64,000 nt of DNA, from NCBI RefSeq assembly GCF_000002075.1, contig NW_004797292.1, forward strand, positions 401,202 through 465,201, read 5' to 3'. Within the stretch, counting starts at the first letter, position 1; the number at the start of each line of letters is the position of its first letter. Below, one piece after another: positions 50,701 through 63,525 of this stretch. Source of the stretch: Aplysia californica. Taxonomy: Eukaryota. The translations under genes were made by a program, and so were the position numbers. Under the pieces are notes generated by a model. It ran no database searches, had not been told where the DNA came from, and saw only the letters and a program-made list of their open reading frames with translations.

Positions 50701-53700
50701 TTGTACAAATGGTAGATACACCAAAATAAAGTTCAGAATCTCAGCCACACGTGGTGGCTTACTTTGATTTTTTACATAGACTGTAACAAGCCACATAGAA
50801 TCACCAACGTCAGACTGAATGCAGGCCTCTACATCAGCATCATTATCATTACTAAAGATTAGCTAGGTAGTCTTTTCTCATGTCTGGGTGACTATATACA
50901 GATTAGTTAGTTTATAAATGTATGTCTGTCAACATACATCAATCACTTTAAAAAAGTATGCCTGCCAACATCTTTCTCACATATCTCTCCTTCGTTCACT
51001 ACTTTAGCCAGAAGTTAAGCAGTCATTAGAACTGACAGCTCATCAACCTTGGAGAACATAATCTGACACACACATCTATGTTTGTTTTTTCTGTTTTAGA
51101 AAGAGTTTTACGGTGCTCGCAACGGCATAAGGCCATATGCGACTATGCCCATGTGTAAGTTCATATGCCTTTGCCTCTCCCCACCTTAGCAAGAAGCTGG
51201 GCAGTCTCCAGTGTAGCTGGCTCATCTGCCTGGAAGATCTCCATTGATGCGCACGTCTGTGCTGCTGGCAGAGTGAGGGTGTGCTGTCTGCGAGCTGGGG
51301 CCAACGCGTGCTGAGGAAGGACTACCTCCAGCTCCTCAGCACTCAGCTGTCAGAAAAAAATACGTTGAAGAATTTAATGAGCATAGTGGTAAGCTCTACA
51401 AAATTCAAGATTGCCAACTTTTTCAGAACTCAGTCACAGGCAGAGACATCTAACGTGATAACACGAGATTAAGTAAAACAATGACAATTACATAATGTGG
51501 AACTGATTTTGGTGTAGTGTATGTGATGTCTTCTCAAACTCCCAATTGCCGAATCCAGAACAGTCCAGGAAAATTCGGGACAGTTGGCAAGCCTGTATAT
51601 AGGTCTGCTGAAACATCATGTGAAGAGACATTTATGCAAATTACAAACTATTTCCATCAGTGAGGGAGGGAGAGAGAAAGAGAGAGAGAGAGCAAAGTCA
51701 AAGAATGATGGAGACGGCCATGGAGAAGTCACCTGCGGCGTCAGAGGAAAAAATTACCCATTACCCAGAGAACATCAATACAACGGCTGTAAGCACAGTG
51801 CTATCCAGACACAGCCATTCACATAGGTAGCGTAAACACGGCCTCGCGGGCACTCGCAGCCTTCCGACCGCGTGGTATCGGTAAAATCGGGGTAATTCCG
51901 ATCGCTGTTTCTTTGCTCTTTCGCTATAAAACACCAAATGCCGTACACCTTGTAAAAGTTCAGCTTTTCCTCGTTACAATGGTGTTAGTTGTTTTTATGT
52001 CCGATTAGTAGGAGCTGGAGAATCGCCGACGAAAGCGAAGCCCCTCGCGGTCGGAATGCGTGGTCGGCCGGTTGAAAAATTGACACAGGTGCATTCAAAT
52101 GCTTCGCGGAACGAGGAATGATTAAATACCGTCTTTTCATTGGCGGAGAACTGTAGAGCTTTAAACAGGCTTTCCCGTGGTATATGTTTTGCCTTTGGCG
52201 TCTAAATAGAAAGCTTTTAAAAATACTGTCAAAATGTTTAAAGATCACTTTTTACCCATAATATGTAAAAAACTGGCCAAAAAAATAAATGTAATAAAAG
52301 ATCAGCTTATTTTCTATTAGAATAAAGTAATTAGCTTGGAATTATTTTTCATCAATCCTTCCGCGAGACTCAGAAAGCATGTGACCCCCGCACGCGGGGT
52401 ACACTACAGTATAGAGCCGACTCGCTCGCCACGGGGCCCGGTGCAGCGCCGGCCGGGTCAACGCTCGGTGTTTTTGTTGAAATAACGACAGATCATCGTG
52501 TTTGAGGCGATAAAATACTGATTTGTAATGATCTCACAGTCTTGAAAAAAATTAGGCTCCATATATTTGTTATAGTGATTGTACTCTGTTAATGTGGAGA
52601 TGTTTGGTGCACTTGGTACTCTTTTATTGTCTGTCAAACATGGGGTTGCAGCCAGTGACTGACTTTAACAAATTTGATCAAATTTTAAACAACTACCATT
52701 TTCTTTAAAATTGACTGAGAGGTTAAAGAATGGTAACAAAATGCTCAGTGGATATAGGCCTTTCAAATGGAACTGATAAATTTGGCATACAGCTACTTTG
52801 AAAATTTAGTTTCTGGTACCTAATTCACATGTACAAGAAGGGCCACTGAATGGGGTAATGTCTTTTTCATCTACCTAATAGCTCTTCAGATTTAGAATAA
52901 AACTTCAAGTCTTCTACCTCACTTATTTACTTGTTTGTTTTAATAAGTGTTTTACGGCACTTGCAAAACAATAAGGTTATATAAGTGCCAAAGATTAGAG
53001 GTGTTACAAGAGAGTAAAAAAACATAAAGACGATAGATGTTTGATAGGAAAGAAGAAGCAAACCACACCAGAGCATCTGCCAACCAGCCACTCACTTATT
53101 TAGAAACAGTGTTAAGTCCACATCTAAATTAAATTGATCATCCCTTGATATTACTAATCATATTTTAGTTCTCGTTTACAAGAAATATAATTTAAGTGCA
53201 CCAACTCAAACCAAATCAGCATAGTATTTCCACCACCGGCTCACCTTGAGGCACACAGACTTTGGTAAGAACTTGAACATGACCTTGGACTGCTGGTCCA
53301 CTGAAACATTCTCACTGCCATCTCCCACTAACAAGGCAGCCTGCATGTACAATGGAAACACTTTATATAAAACAGGTGTCAGACAGAAAAGAAAACAAAC
53401 ATTTGATTTTAAAAAAAGGTGATTCTGTGCTGAAAAGAAGTCTGAAAGAGATTCTAGCTAGCAGTGATGTGCTTCAACTGCCCCAAAACAAGACCAAGAT
53501 CAGGAAACACTGTAGAGTTGTAGTTTACTGCAAATCAGAACAACAATGTCCACATTTTGAAAGGGACATGGCATTCTTGGTTTAGTGGTTAGGCTAGCGG
53601 ACTAACAATTATGAGGTGGTGAGTTTGGGGGTTCGAGCCTCAGGCCCAACGTTTTGTCCTTTGTAAAGGCACTTTACACTTACTTTCCTCACTTCACCAA

Positions 53701-54382
53701 GGTGGGAACAGGTACCCAGCCATAGACAGCAGATCTTGTTAGTATGTTAGTGTTTGTTTTAGCGCTTTAAAAATAGAGGCTTGCACTGTTTGCTTCCCAG
53801 GAAGTTAAGATTGTTTCAGAATGCTATCGCGTTTGCTGGGGTAATAGCACAGATAGTAAAGTGCAGAGAGCTTGCTGTTGAATGCGAATTTGCATTATAC
53901 AAATGCCACCTATTATTATTTTCATTATCATTATTAAAATAAGATACAAGATAACTTACACAAGAGAGACAAGAGTGCAAATCCACAAAATGCACCACAT
54001 GGTCCAGGAAAGGAACAGAAAGAGGGCAAAAGAAGTACAACAGTCCATGGGAGAAAGTGACAAGAGACGGTTTAGCCTGAAAATTCTGTTGTTAGAGAAC
54101 GGACAGCCTGAAAAGTTCATGGTAAATTCACACTGCCTGAAGGATGGGGTAGGCATCTCAATTTTCCAGGGGTGCCATCCATTTCCCAGGGGCATGTTAC
54201 ATACCAATGACAGCATGTGTGCTCCATTTAAATATAATACACACAAACACACACAACCAACATTATATATGTATCCAGTCAACAAAATTTCAGTGTGGAA
54301 CTGAAGTCTTGTGTGACTTACGTATTTCAGTCTGTTTTTGCTTGTTATATATTTTCTTATTTATATTTCCCCCTCATCATTT

Positions 54383-54434
<52 letters not shown>

Positions 54435-57400
54435 ATATTATACAAATGAATCCTGCTTTGAGCCTGTGAAAGGGCCTAGAACCAGAAAATCAACTGTCAA
54501 GAGCCAGTCTTGGTATCATGATTCATATTATAAACGTGAAAGACACAAACTATTGCTCAAACTCAAAGTAAAGTAAAAACTTGAATGGCTCAAGTAGACC
54601 TATTCAGTGTGAGAGTTGAAAGAACTGAGAGAGGTCAAGATGTAGTGACACTGAAAATCTGCCAATCTTGAACAGAAAGCCAAAAAATATTTAGTTATAA
54701 TTTACTATCACCCATCCAATGAAACGCAAGCACTTTAGTTCATCAATAACAAGGCTTACAAGATATGGCGGATCCCGATTCCACACACGGCCCGCACCAA
54801 AGCGCGCTTTGAACAAATTTTTTTTTAGTTATAAAATCTGCTTCCAAGTTTGTTGTTCTCTGGTGTTGCCTTCCGCACCCTCCCCACCGAGTGTAACTTA
54901 AAAAAAAAAATCAATAATATGACCCCCCCCTTACCCGAGTCCTATGCTTCCAAATGTTCAGACTTTGAACTAACTTTGGCGACCCTAACTGCCACTGATG
55001 CTCACACGCGCAGGTTCACAGACCGGTCACGATGACTGGCCCAACAAGCTGACAATCGGACGACACTTTTCTTTCTTCTTTCACAAGTGACAGCACAGAG
55101 ACAAAATTTGATTTATTCTAATGGCGACACGGCGTTTATAGTGGACGACCTGCATGTCACAAATGTTGCGTTATCAGTCTATCACCGGCCAAGTTCTGGG
55201 TGGTAACGAAAGCGAAAGTAGATCTTGATATTCCCGATCGAGCCACTGTGTCACACTTTCCGCATGCCGCCATAGCCGCCTGTTCACGTAACACGTACTG
55301 TGGGACCGGGAAAAGCCGAACAAATATCACAATTGCGACCGGCAAAAATTGACTTACTGACCCTATCGGAATCTGTCTTCAAATATTCCAGAAATTTATA
55401 TATTTTCCCGGGTCTTCCCGACTTTTTCGGGGGGTAATTTACAGATTTCCTCAAATTCCTGGGTCTCGGCGATTTTTATCTAATTCCCTGGGCCTGGCTA
55501 GTCACCCTGTTTTTATTGGGGGGGGTACCTAGTTTCTGACTCGTTTTTTCAGCTATCCGAATGTTTTGAATACTAGGTACCTATTTATTCGGGGGGTTTT
55601 CTATGAATAGTACCCAGCTCTACCGAAAGTACTGGTGTTGGTCATCAGCAGATTTTTTTTCTTTTGAACTGGAAATTTGTCGCACGCCAGCAAATAAAAA
55701 TGACTGTCCCGTCGCCGGCTATAGAAGACTTGCCTGGCCAGTGTAGCCAGAGGGAGGCCGACGAATGAGTTCAAATAGCCATAAATTCCAGCAGGAGCCG
55801 GAAAACTTTCACCCCTGCAACAGTCGTGTAACACGGAAAGGGTCCTACTAACAGCACAACAGACAGCCGTCAGAAAAGCAGTTGACTCAACTCGTAAATT
55901 GTTTACAAATAAAACAATGCTTCAAGGACATATCACCGACAACAACCTCTCCCTGACTGCGTCACCCACCTCTTTTGCTGCACCAAGAGCGATGATCTCA
56001 TCCTCAGGAATATTGTTCAGAATGGTGGATGAGGAGAAATAATCTCCAACAACTTTCTTCACCAAAGGAGTCTTGGCCCCACCCCCACAGATGATCACCT
56101 GAGGTAGACAGGGGAAGAAGTTAAACAATGATAAACTCAAAGACAGTAACCAGTAAAGACAATGAATAAGGCTAAAACACAGCTGGTTTGTCCATATCAG
56201 TAAAAAGGAGGTAAACCAAAGAAACCACTCAATTGAATGGAAAGTGGACAGGGAAGAGAGAGACGAAATGACAAACAAATATCATAACAAAACACACAAA
56301 AAATAAACCTGCTAAAAAGTAATGGTAATTCCCTGACTTCATGGCTTGTATGCCTCTGCAGAATCAAACTAAAATTTTCCTGCAATAATAAGCTACTACC
56401 ATGCCTGTATGTTTCAACTGTCACCAACAAACATCTGAAACCTCAAAAAATGAGACCAACAAGATCAAAAACAATACAAGCAATTGGCATCTTAAATTTT
56501 AAATTTAAAAAGTGGCAAATCAAATCCTAAATGACACTTCCATGTGGATGACAGGCAAATTACCTTAGAGATATCTTCCTTTCCACATCCAGCCTGAGCC
56601 AAGGCCTGGTCAATCAGCTGAGTACACTTGGATATCAAAGGCAGACACAGACTGTCAAACCGCGCCCTGGAGCACAAAACAAAATGTTTTAAAAAACCTT
56701 TCTTTTTAGTGAGCCTCTTTTCCGCCTTCTGTGACAAACAAAATAAACAGTAGTTTCAGAACAAATACGAAGTTTTTCAAGAAGGACATAACTAATTACA
56801 TTTTTTTTTCATAATAAAATAAGCCAAAGTCTTAACAATTTAACTGAAAAATCAATGATTTTAGAAAGTGTTGTTTAGTTTTATTTTTGTTGCAGCAAAA
56901 AGAGAGCGCCTTTTACAGTGGTGTTCAGTCAATAACACCAAAATATTGAGACTTTCAAAGGATACTCACAGTTTTGAAAAAATGTATCTGTGCTTACTGG
57001 AACACATTCCAGTTGTAATTTCCATATGCTACCATTAAATCAAGGTGATTGAAATGCGTGCAATTAATCAAAACCTGATATGAAATAATTCACGACTTCT
57101 TAGATTGGGGGCCTAGAACCTCTTCGATGGGTAACCTAGTTTCAATTAAACATTTATTTTTATTTTAAAAAAGAAAGCCCACCCTAAGCACTGCGCTTTT
57201 ATGAAAAAAAAAACCCCAGCCAATAACACATCCATATCACCTGAGCAAAACAGCATGATGGATAAGTAACTTTTACAGATTGAGTCAAAAAACTACTAGA
57301 CTTTTCTCAGCAAGTTTTGTATCTGACACTTTTCTGAACTCCGGATTTTGAGAAAACAATCAGTATGGATAGCATAAAGTCAGAAATTCTTAAAAATTGA

Positions 57401-60400
57401 GTTTGAAAACTTTAGTTGATTGTAACTGATCTTTTGAGAATGTGATGGTCATGTCGGCCTGTATAAGAACTTCATAATATTGCATATAAACTGACATTTA
57501 CAACAATTCTGCATGTATAATACTTCCAAGTCTTTCATACTTAATTTCAACCAAACAACTAAATTATACAATATTTCAGTAATCTTCAACAGCTGAATCA
57601 GCATAGCCTTTTGCATCTGGACAGACAGTCTTAAATCTTATCCTAACAGCTGACTCAGTAATCCACTTGGTACCTTGACATGGTGTAATGGAAGTCACAG
57701 CCATCATAGAGCGAATCCACAGCGCACTGAGCGTGGATCATTGTGGTCAGCGAGTGTTTACAGCGTTCTGCAGCCAGACCAAGTTTGGTAACAGCACGCT
57801 TGTTTTCACGTAGGTCACTGCGGAATTGTCTGAAACACACAAGAACAATGGGACGAGATTACTAAGTATTAAAAAAACTAACTATTAAGAGGAAAAAAGA
57901 CCAATCATCAATCAGATGAGTCTCAAGGTCTTTATTGCAGATCCAAGCAAAATATTCAGCTTCCCAATGGCAAGAGTAGACAAGAAGTTCAACAGTTATT
58001 CTTCTTTTCTAAAAACAAAAGAAGCAACCAGCATAAACGAGGAGGGGTCTCGTCATCATCAAAACTAGTGGGGAAATTTCAGCACAATAATCTATTTCCA
58101 GAACCCAGTTTAGATTCTCATTACACTTGGCTCAAAACTTAATTGTTGCATATCACTGACAATTTGGATTCTTTCCCAGTCAAAGGATTTTTTTTTATTG
58201 TGGTGACAATCTACGTTATCTATTACTTCTATAAGATAATTTTTAAATACACAAATCCAAAATTTTACCAGTAGATAGTAATTAAAGACAAATGTACCTT
58301 TTAAATTCTGTTGCAAGAAAATCTTGAAGAACTTTGGTGAACATGTTGGCTCCAAACTGGCTATCAGATATCGTGGACACACAGCGGAACATCCCGTGTT
58401 CAACTTCCATGACAGTTGCCTCGTGGGATGTGCCACCCAACCGATACACCACTGTTTTACTGCACATGAGAGGAAAAAAACAACAAAAAACATGAAGCAG
58501 GGTTGGATTTTCAACACCCAGCATTCAAAATTTTTGCGTTTGAAAAAAGAAATGTAGTTTTCAAAGAACTGAGATGGAAAAGACATAATATATTACAAGA
58601 AAACTTCGAAAACCAAAGATACATAAATAAAGATTCCTTAATAACGATTTCATCTTTGTTATTGTGTGTAGAAAAAATACAGCTACATCAACTACATATA
58701 GCATGACAAAACATTTAAGAAAAAATTAATTGACCAATAAAAGAACGATGTTAACAGACAACTCACAAGCGTTCTGTCTGGTCCAGTTGTCCTACATCAA
58801 ACGCCAACATGGCTGCTGATGGTTCGTTGATTACTCGTAAAATGTTGAAGCCTGCTTTCTTGGCTAATGCACTGGGAATCAGACAATATTTGAGGTCAAA
58901 ACCTAAAATATTTTGTAAATAAATAACATAGCCATGAGGAACAATAAATATCTAAGTTTTATGCTTTGGATAAATAAATGATCCAGGACTAAGCAAGGAA
59001 AACCTGTTTCTTCCCAAGTAAATTCAGCATCTACAACACTTTTCACCACCCTTGCTTTGCTGTGACATGCTGAACAAGCATAAAAACAATTTGTTATCAC
59101 TTTGTCCCCTTCTCTAACCAGGTCACAAACATGAGCTTGCATGACATATACAATTATCCTCCATTCTCTTCCACAAGTCAATAGATCAATCAACACAACC
59201 TGTAAAAATGTATAAGAAAACAATTTACAATAGTTCAGAACAAAACAGTTCCTTGAGAACTTCCCTTTTTTATTCTTAACTGGTTTACTATAGTAGCTCT
59301 TGCACAGCTGTACACAAACTTCATAAAAATTTACATACATGTTTTCATAACCAGCTGCATAGCAGAAGATGTTTGGAGAAAGGGGATCAATGTTTTGCCA
59401 TCAACCTAAACTTCACGTTCTTTACCAGAGCAACTACAGTCACAATAAAAACACTACAACTATTTCATCATAGTCTGTTGTTATTGATCCAGCAACCCAG
59501 AGGCAGATGGTTGGAGGATGCCATTGGAAGGTCCTCTTTCTTAACTTTCCCTCTGTTGGTTGTGCCTGTCTGTCTTACCCCAGCACTAAATGACCATCAT
59601 TGTGTCGATGTGCTTCTCTTTAATCAAACAAACAAACAAGCAAGCAACCCAGAGACTTTCACCCTTTTCTTCAACACAGTGAAGAGATAACAGTGGGTAT
59701 TACGAATCGTTATAATTTATGTTAATACTATCATTTCAGCACTAGATTGGAAATTCAGAGCAGGGTCAGTGCAGAACTGGCGTTCCAACAGGGAACCATT
59801 TACTGAAAGCCTGCCCAATGCTCGAGGTGCTTAGAAAAAAATATTGGCCCAACCCAAGATAGAGAAACTCAAAATTCTGTGGGGGCTTGGATGACCTGCA
59901 GCGAACAGCGGCCTTCATACTAGAGACTGGGATGTCTATTTAAAGATGATCGAGAAGATTTCAGTGCTAAATCACCATCTTTTGTCAAACAAACCCACTA
60001 ATTACCTGACAATGGCCCTTTGAGTATCAGAGAACTCTGGTGGCACAGCAAGCACAGCGTCCTGGATGCCACTTCCTCCGTGGCTTTGGGCAGTTTCTGA
60101 AAACACAGAAAAAAGGCAGGACTGAAACATTGCTTCCCAAAAAGAACTTAACTTTTTCAATGTCGGTGGCCTAGCGGTTAGGCTAATGGACTCGTAATCG
60201 TGAGGTTGCGGGTTCAGGAGTTTGAGCAATAGACAGCGAAAGATCTTGTCAGAATGTTAGTGTTTTAGCGCCTTGTTTTAGAATGCTCTCAGGTCTGCTG
60301 GGGTAATAGTATAGATTGTGAAGCGCATAGAGCTTCTGCTGAGCGGGGATTTGCGCTATACAAGTACTATCTATTATTATTATTATGTGTATTCTGCAAG

Positions 60401-62607
60401 AACACCATGCCATGTAGTGCTGCATATAGTTTGTGTGCATAATGGGCCCCATCAGCACCATGAATGCATTGGGCAGATTGACAGTAGTATACACAGATTA
60501 TGAGGTCAGAGAAGGGCAGGAATCAAGAATGAATGTACAGTCAAACCAGCTGTTTCTCCCCACCAGTTAAACAATAATAACAGAAAACTGGTAAACAAAT
60601 CCATAATACTTTACCCACCAAGCAGTTTTGAGTAAATCATTTCCATGATGTCTGTGGGCATGTACCTCACAGTTCGGCCTTTGTGCTCCACTTCAAATGC
60701 TGGGCTTCCCCCTTGGTCCACCACCTGTTAGGGCCAGACAGGGAAATTTATTTGTTTTCATACAGGCCTAATGGAGTAACATTAGTCTTTATTCCATCTG
60801 ACTATAAAGCAAAAAGAGAAAAGAACACTTAATAAGACTATACAATGTAGTTTTGTTAAAATAAATGGGTAATATCTAAGAGCAAGAGTTACTTTACTTT
60901 GAAAGTAGCTCCTAGTTGATGATAACAACTTATATATGGTAATCAAACGGACTTTAGCAACAGCTACAAAACTATGTACATCCTCATTCTTAATACATCA
61001 GTCTTGTCATAAAATATGCAATACTTTGAATGGGAAAAGACGACCTTTATTCGTTTCTCAAAGAGAAATTTTTCCTTTCCATGTAGTTTAAAGTAGTGAA
61101 CATACCTGCAGTATTTCTTCCTGGATCGATACCTACAACAACCACTATTTCTCTCTCTGCTTCTCTCTTAAGTTAGTTCCCCCCCCCCCCCCCCAACCCT
61201 CAAAAACAAATACATTTGCTCTTGCTTATTCGTCTCCAGTCACAGATGGTAACTAATTATAACCAAAAAACAGAGGAAAAGTGAAAGTTTCAGACAATAA
61301 ATAGCGTCTTACAGCCACAAACATATCAACTTCCCATAATGACAATGGTTGTCCAAGACATCACTAGCTGTGTCTCTAAGGGGACACATAGTCTTGACTA
61401 AAGAACAAGAAGACACGAAAAAAAAATTCATGGGTATAAATAAAGTTCAATCATAAGCACTTCATTTTATGCTAAAAATGAAACTAAAACTCACAGTCAC
61501 ACTTGATATCTCCTTGTATTCCTTCACCGCTGCATCACCCATTTTGCAGCCGATCAATCGTTTAACGTGTGACACAGTGTTATTAGCATTCCGGATGATT
61601 CCCTGCTTTGCTGCTGCTCCAACAGACTAAAAGTTTTGCAAAAACAAAGATTTTTACAACCTCATAATCAGTAACTAGGTCATGACTTAATTACACATTT
61701 TAAAAGGATTGTCCATTTGTAAGAGGGAAGTGTGCACAAAAGAAAATTTAAGAAGTTCAAGTCCACAAAACTTACACGTTTGGAAAATGTGGGCAAAAAT
61801 ACAAAATACTGGTAAGTTCTTTATAACCCTAACCAGGAAACTAAACGAAACAAGGGAAAAATCTGAAATGTGGACAGCAATAAAGAGACTACAGTACAAT
61901 CTTCATTTCTGGTCCTTAAAGAAATAGACAAGATATACCGCTAAAACAGACAAGCATAACAAATAAAAACAGATTCATGATTTACAGCCTATGAGGCAAC
62001 ACCACCTGTGACAAACCATTCATTGTTAATGAAATATATGTAATAAATCAAATGGCAATCTGATTACAGACAAAAACTAATGGATAAAAGAAGGAATGAA
62101 ATGAAATACTCATAATGATGTTTTTAAACTTGTACTAGGCATGACCATTTCGTAAAGCAGAGAAAAGGTATTATAAAATGAGAGTTTTAACACCCTGTTT
62201 GAAAGTTTCACCATCCTCACAATAGGTCCATTTCAAGCTGTTGTTTTTTAAATATGGGCATAAATTTGTGTCTCTAAATCAAGATATCTATAGTGCTTTT
62301 AAACAGTTAACCCATTCAAAATTTATTAAATATTTTGTTAGAATTTCTCTGTTCCCTTTTCCTGATCAATACAACATACTAAAAAAAAAACCTACTATTG
62401 TGAACCAGTCACCTTATTAAGGCACAATAGGTATATCTACTAGCTCGAACAAAAAGCTTTACAAAACTTTTTTCACGGGATATAATTTGGCAACATCAGA
62501 ACCATTCACTGACATCATTAACTTACAGCTTCGTGGTCAGTAAATGCCACAACAGCAGGGGTCACACGATCTCCTAAGTCATTTGCTACCACATCTGTTC
62601 TACCATC
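44778..62607 (-). CDS. HSPA14: Heat shock 70 kDa protein 14 (Hsp70L1, ribosome-associated complex subunit), 5' partial. Exons 62527-62607, 61495-61626, 60619-60724, 60006-60096, 58767-58871, 58298-58459, 57674-57829, 56564-56666, 55970-56098, 53245-53340, 51185-51346, 49972-50030, 44778-44853
   Basis: 13 GT-AG exons total 1458 nt (485 aa + stop) in one frame: [78 protein letters not shown], ending [25 protein letters not shown]. There is no lid or EEVD, as expected for HSPA14. Exon 1 is outside the window. Confidence 0.93.
45174..47622. mobile_element. Non-autonomous TIR element (hAT-like family X), older copy interrupted by nested insertions
   Basis: 45174-45641 and 47283-47622 are collinear with 48160-49268. 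Right TIR is AGTGGCAGCTATG; the left TIR is degraded. Confidence 0.75.
45642..47282. mobile_element. Nested non-autonomous TIR element (family Y) with 5-bp TSD ATTCT
   Basis: attct|CAGGGTGTCCAGC ... GCTGGACACCACG|attct. The empty site attct is at 48949-48953 in the sister copy of the host element. The internal part is homologous to 54655-55390. Confidence 0.82.
47969..49831. mobile_element. pogo-like TIR element (TA TSD) hosting element X
   Basis: TA|CAGTGGAACCCTGTTATAACGAG ... CTCGTTATTTGGACTTCACTG|TA. Confidence 0.65.
48160..49268. mobile_element. Non-autonomous TIR element (family X) with 5-bp TSD CTTAC, hAT5-like
   Basis: cttac|CATAGCTGCCACT ... AGTGGCAGCTATG|cttac: perfect 13-bp TIR and TSD. 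Confidence 0.85.
50240..50671 (+). mobile_element. 5'-truncated RTE-clade LINE 3' fragment
   Basis: [27 protein letters not shown], then [16 protein letters not shown] and a (TGA)n tail. Confidence 0.85.
53565..53936 (+). mobile_element. tRNA-derived CORE-like SINE with (TAT)n tail. Related copy at 60165-60387, degraded copy at ~44115-44330
   Basis: Head ggtttagtggttagg...ggttcgagcc; CORE-like tgtcctttgtaaaggcactttac..tttcctcac; shared agacagc..agatcttgt.ag.atgttagtgtt; tail ttgc..tatacaa.t...tattattatt. Confidence 0.7.
54655..55390. repeat. Dispersed repeat homologous to 46400-47070 (interior of TIR family Y)
   Basis: Collinear from tcttgaacagaaagc..ttataatt.actatcacccatccaatgaa through ttcaaatatt. 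Confidence 0.8.
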
Positions 62608-63069
62608 CTGAAAAAGACACACAGCAATTAACAATATAACCAGGAAATTCATTAATTTAAAGACCACATCTCAAAACTTTTCAAAAAAATTAACAGATCA
62701 CATGTTTTTGGGGGGGTTTTAGTAGAGGGTTTTACAGCGCTCGCAATATCACACATTTATCAGAGAAAAATCATTTCAGGAAGTTTCACTTATATCCAAA
62801 ACCATTTCCAGGGGTCTTAGGTGACAGCTGAAGGCCAGATGCACAAGCCAATCTCAAAAGGTCAGCATAAAAGCATCATTGCAACAACCATAATATTTAA
62901 ACATTCAATTTCTATGCTTTTCTTTCTTTCGAGTTTATTGTAATAAACTATTCTTCTCATTGAAGAGGCTGGTTGGGGGGGGGAGTAGTTTTTGTTTTGA
63001 CGTCCACCTGTAAGGAATTAATACAAGAAAAAAATGGGTAAACCCACTTTGTTTTATAGTGGTCTTAAC

Positions 63070-63525
63070 AAAATGGGCTAGCCGTACTTATTCCATAATA
63101 TGATGGCTAGACTGACCATTAAAAAAAGATAGGCCTACTGAATTGTAAATATAAATTTTTAGTTTGCAGTACCTAAAGTATTTGTATTTGGGACGAAACC
63201 AGGTGCCTTAATGACAGTCTAGCCGTACTTAAGTATGGCTAAACTTCTTGGCTAGCCGTACTTAAGTACGGGTAGACAGCCAGGCTAGCCGCACTTAATA
63301 TTGATTGCTGAATTGTAAATGAAATTTTTAGTTTGCAATGCCTAAAGTATTTGTATTTCAGACAAAACCAAAAGGTGCCTTACTGACTTGCATGTATTTG
63401 AACCTGAATAATTACTAGACCTAGATCTAATGAGATCTGTGTACTTAACAAACAGGTTTGAGTCGATAGGGCCAAACCTAGATCTAAGTATGGCTAGACT
63501 CTCAGGCTAGCCGTACTTAACCACT
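63070..63525. repeat. Compound tandem/palindromic repeat (GGCTAGCCGTACTTAA units plus a duplicated ~75-bp block)
   Basis: Motif at ~63077, 63219, 63250, 63282 and 63504; block ctgaattgtaaat..agtttgca..cctaaagtatttgtattt at 63138 and 63308. Confidence 0.8.

Noticed and set aside
56700-62500. A nested protein-coding gene inside HSPA14 introns
   Set aside because: No long or motif-bearing ORF is present in these introns on either strand.
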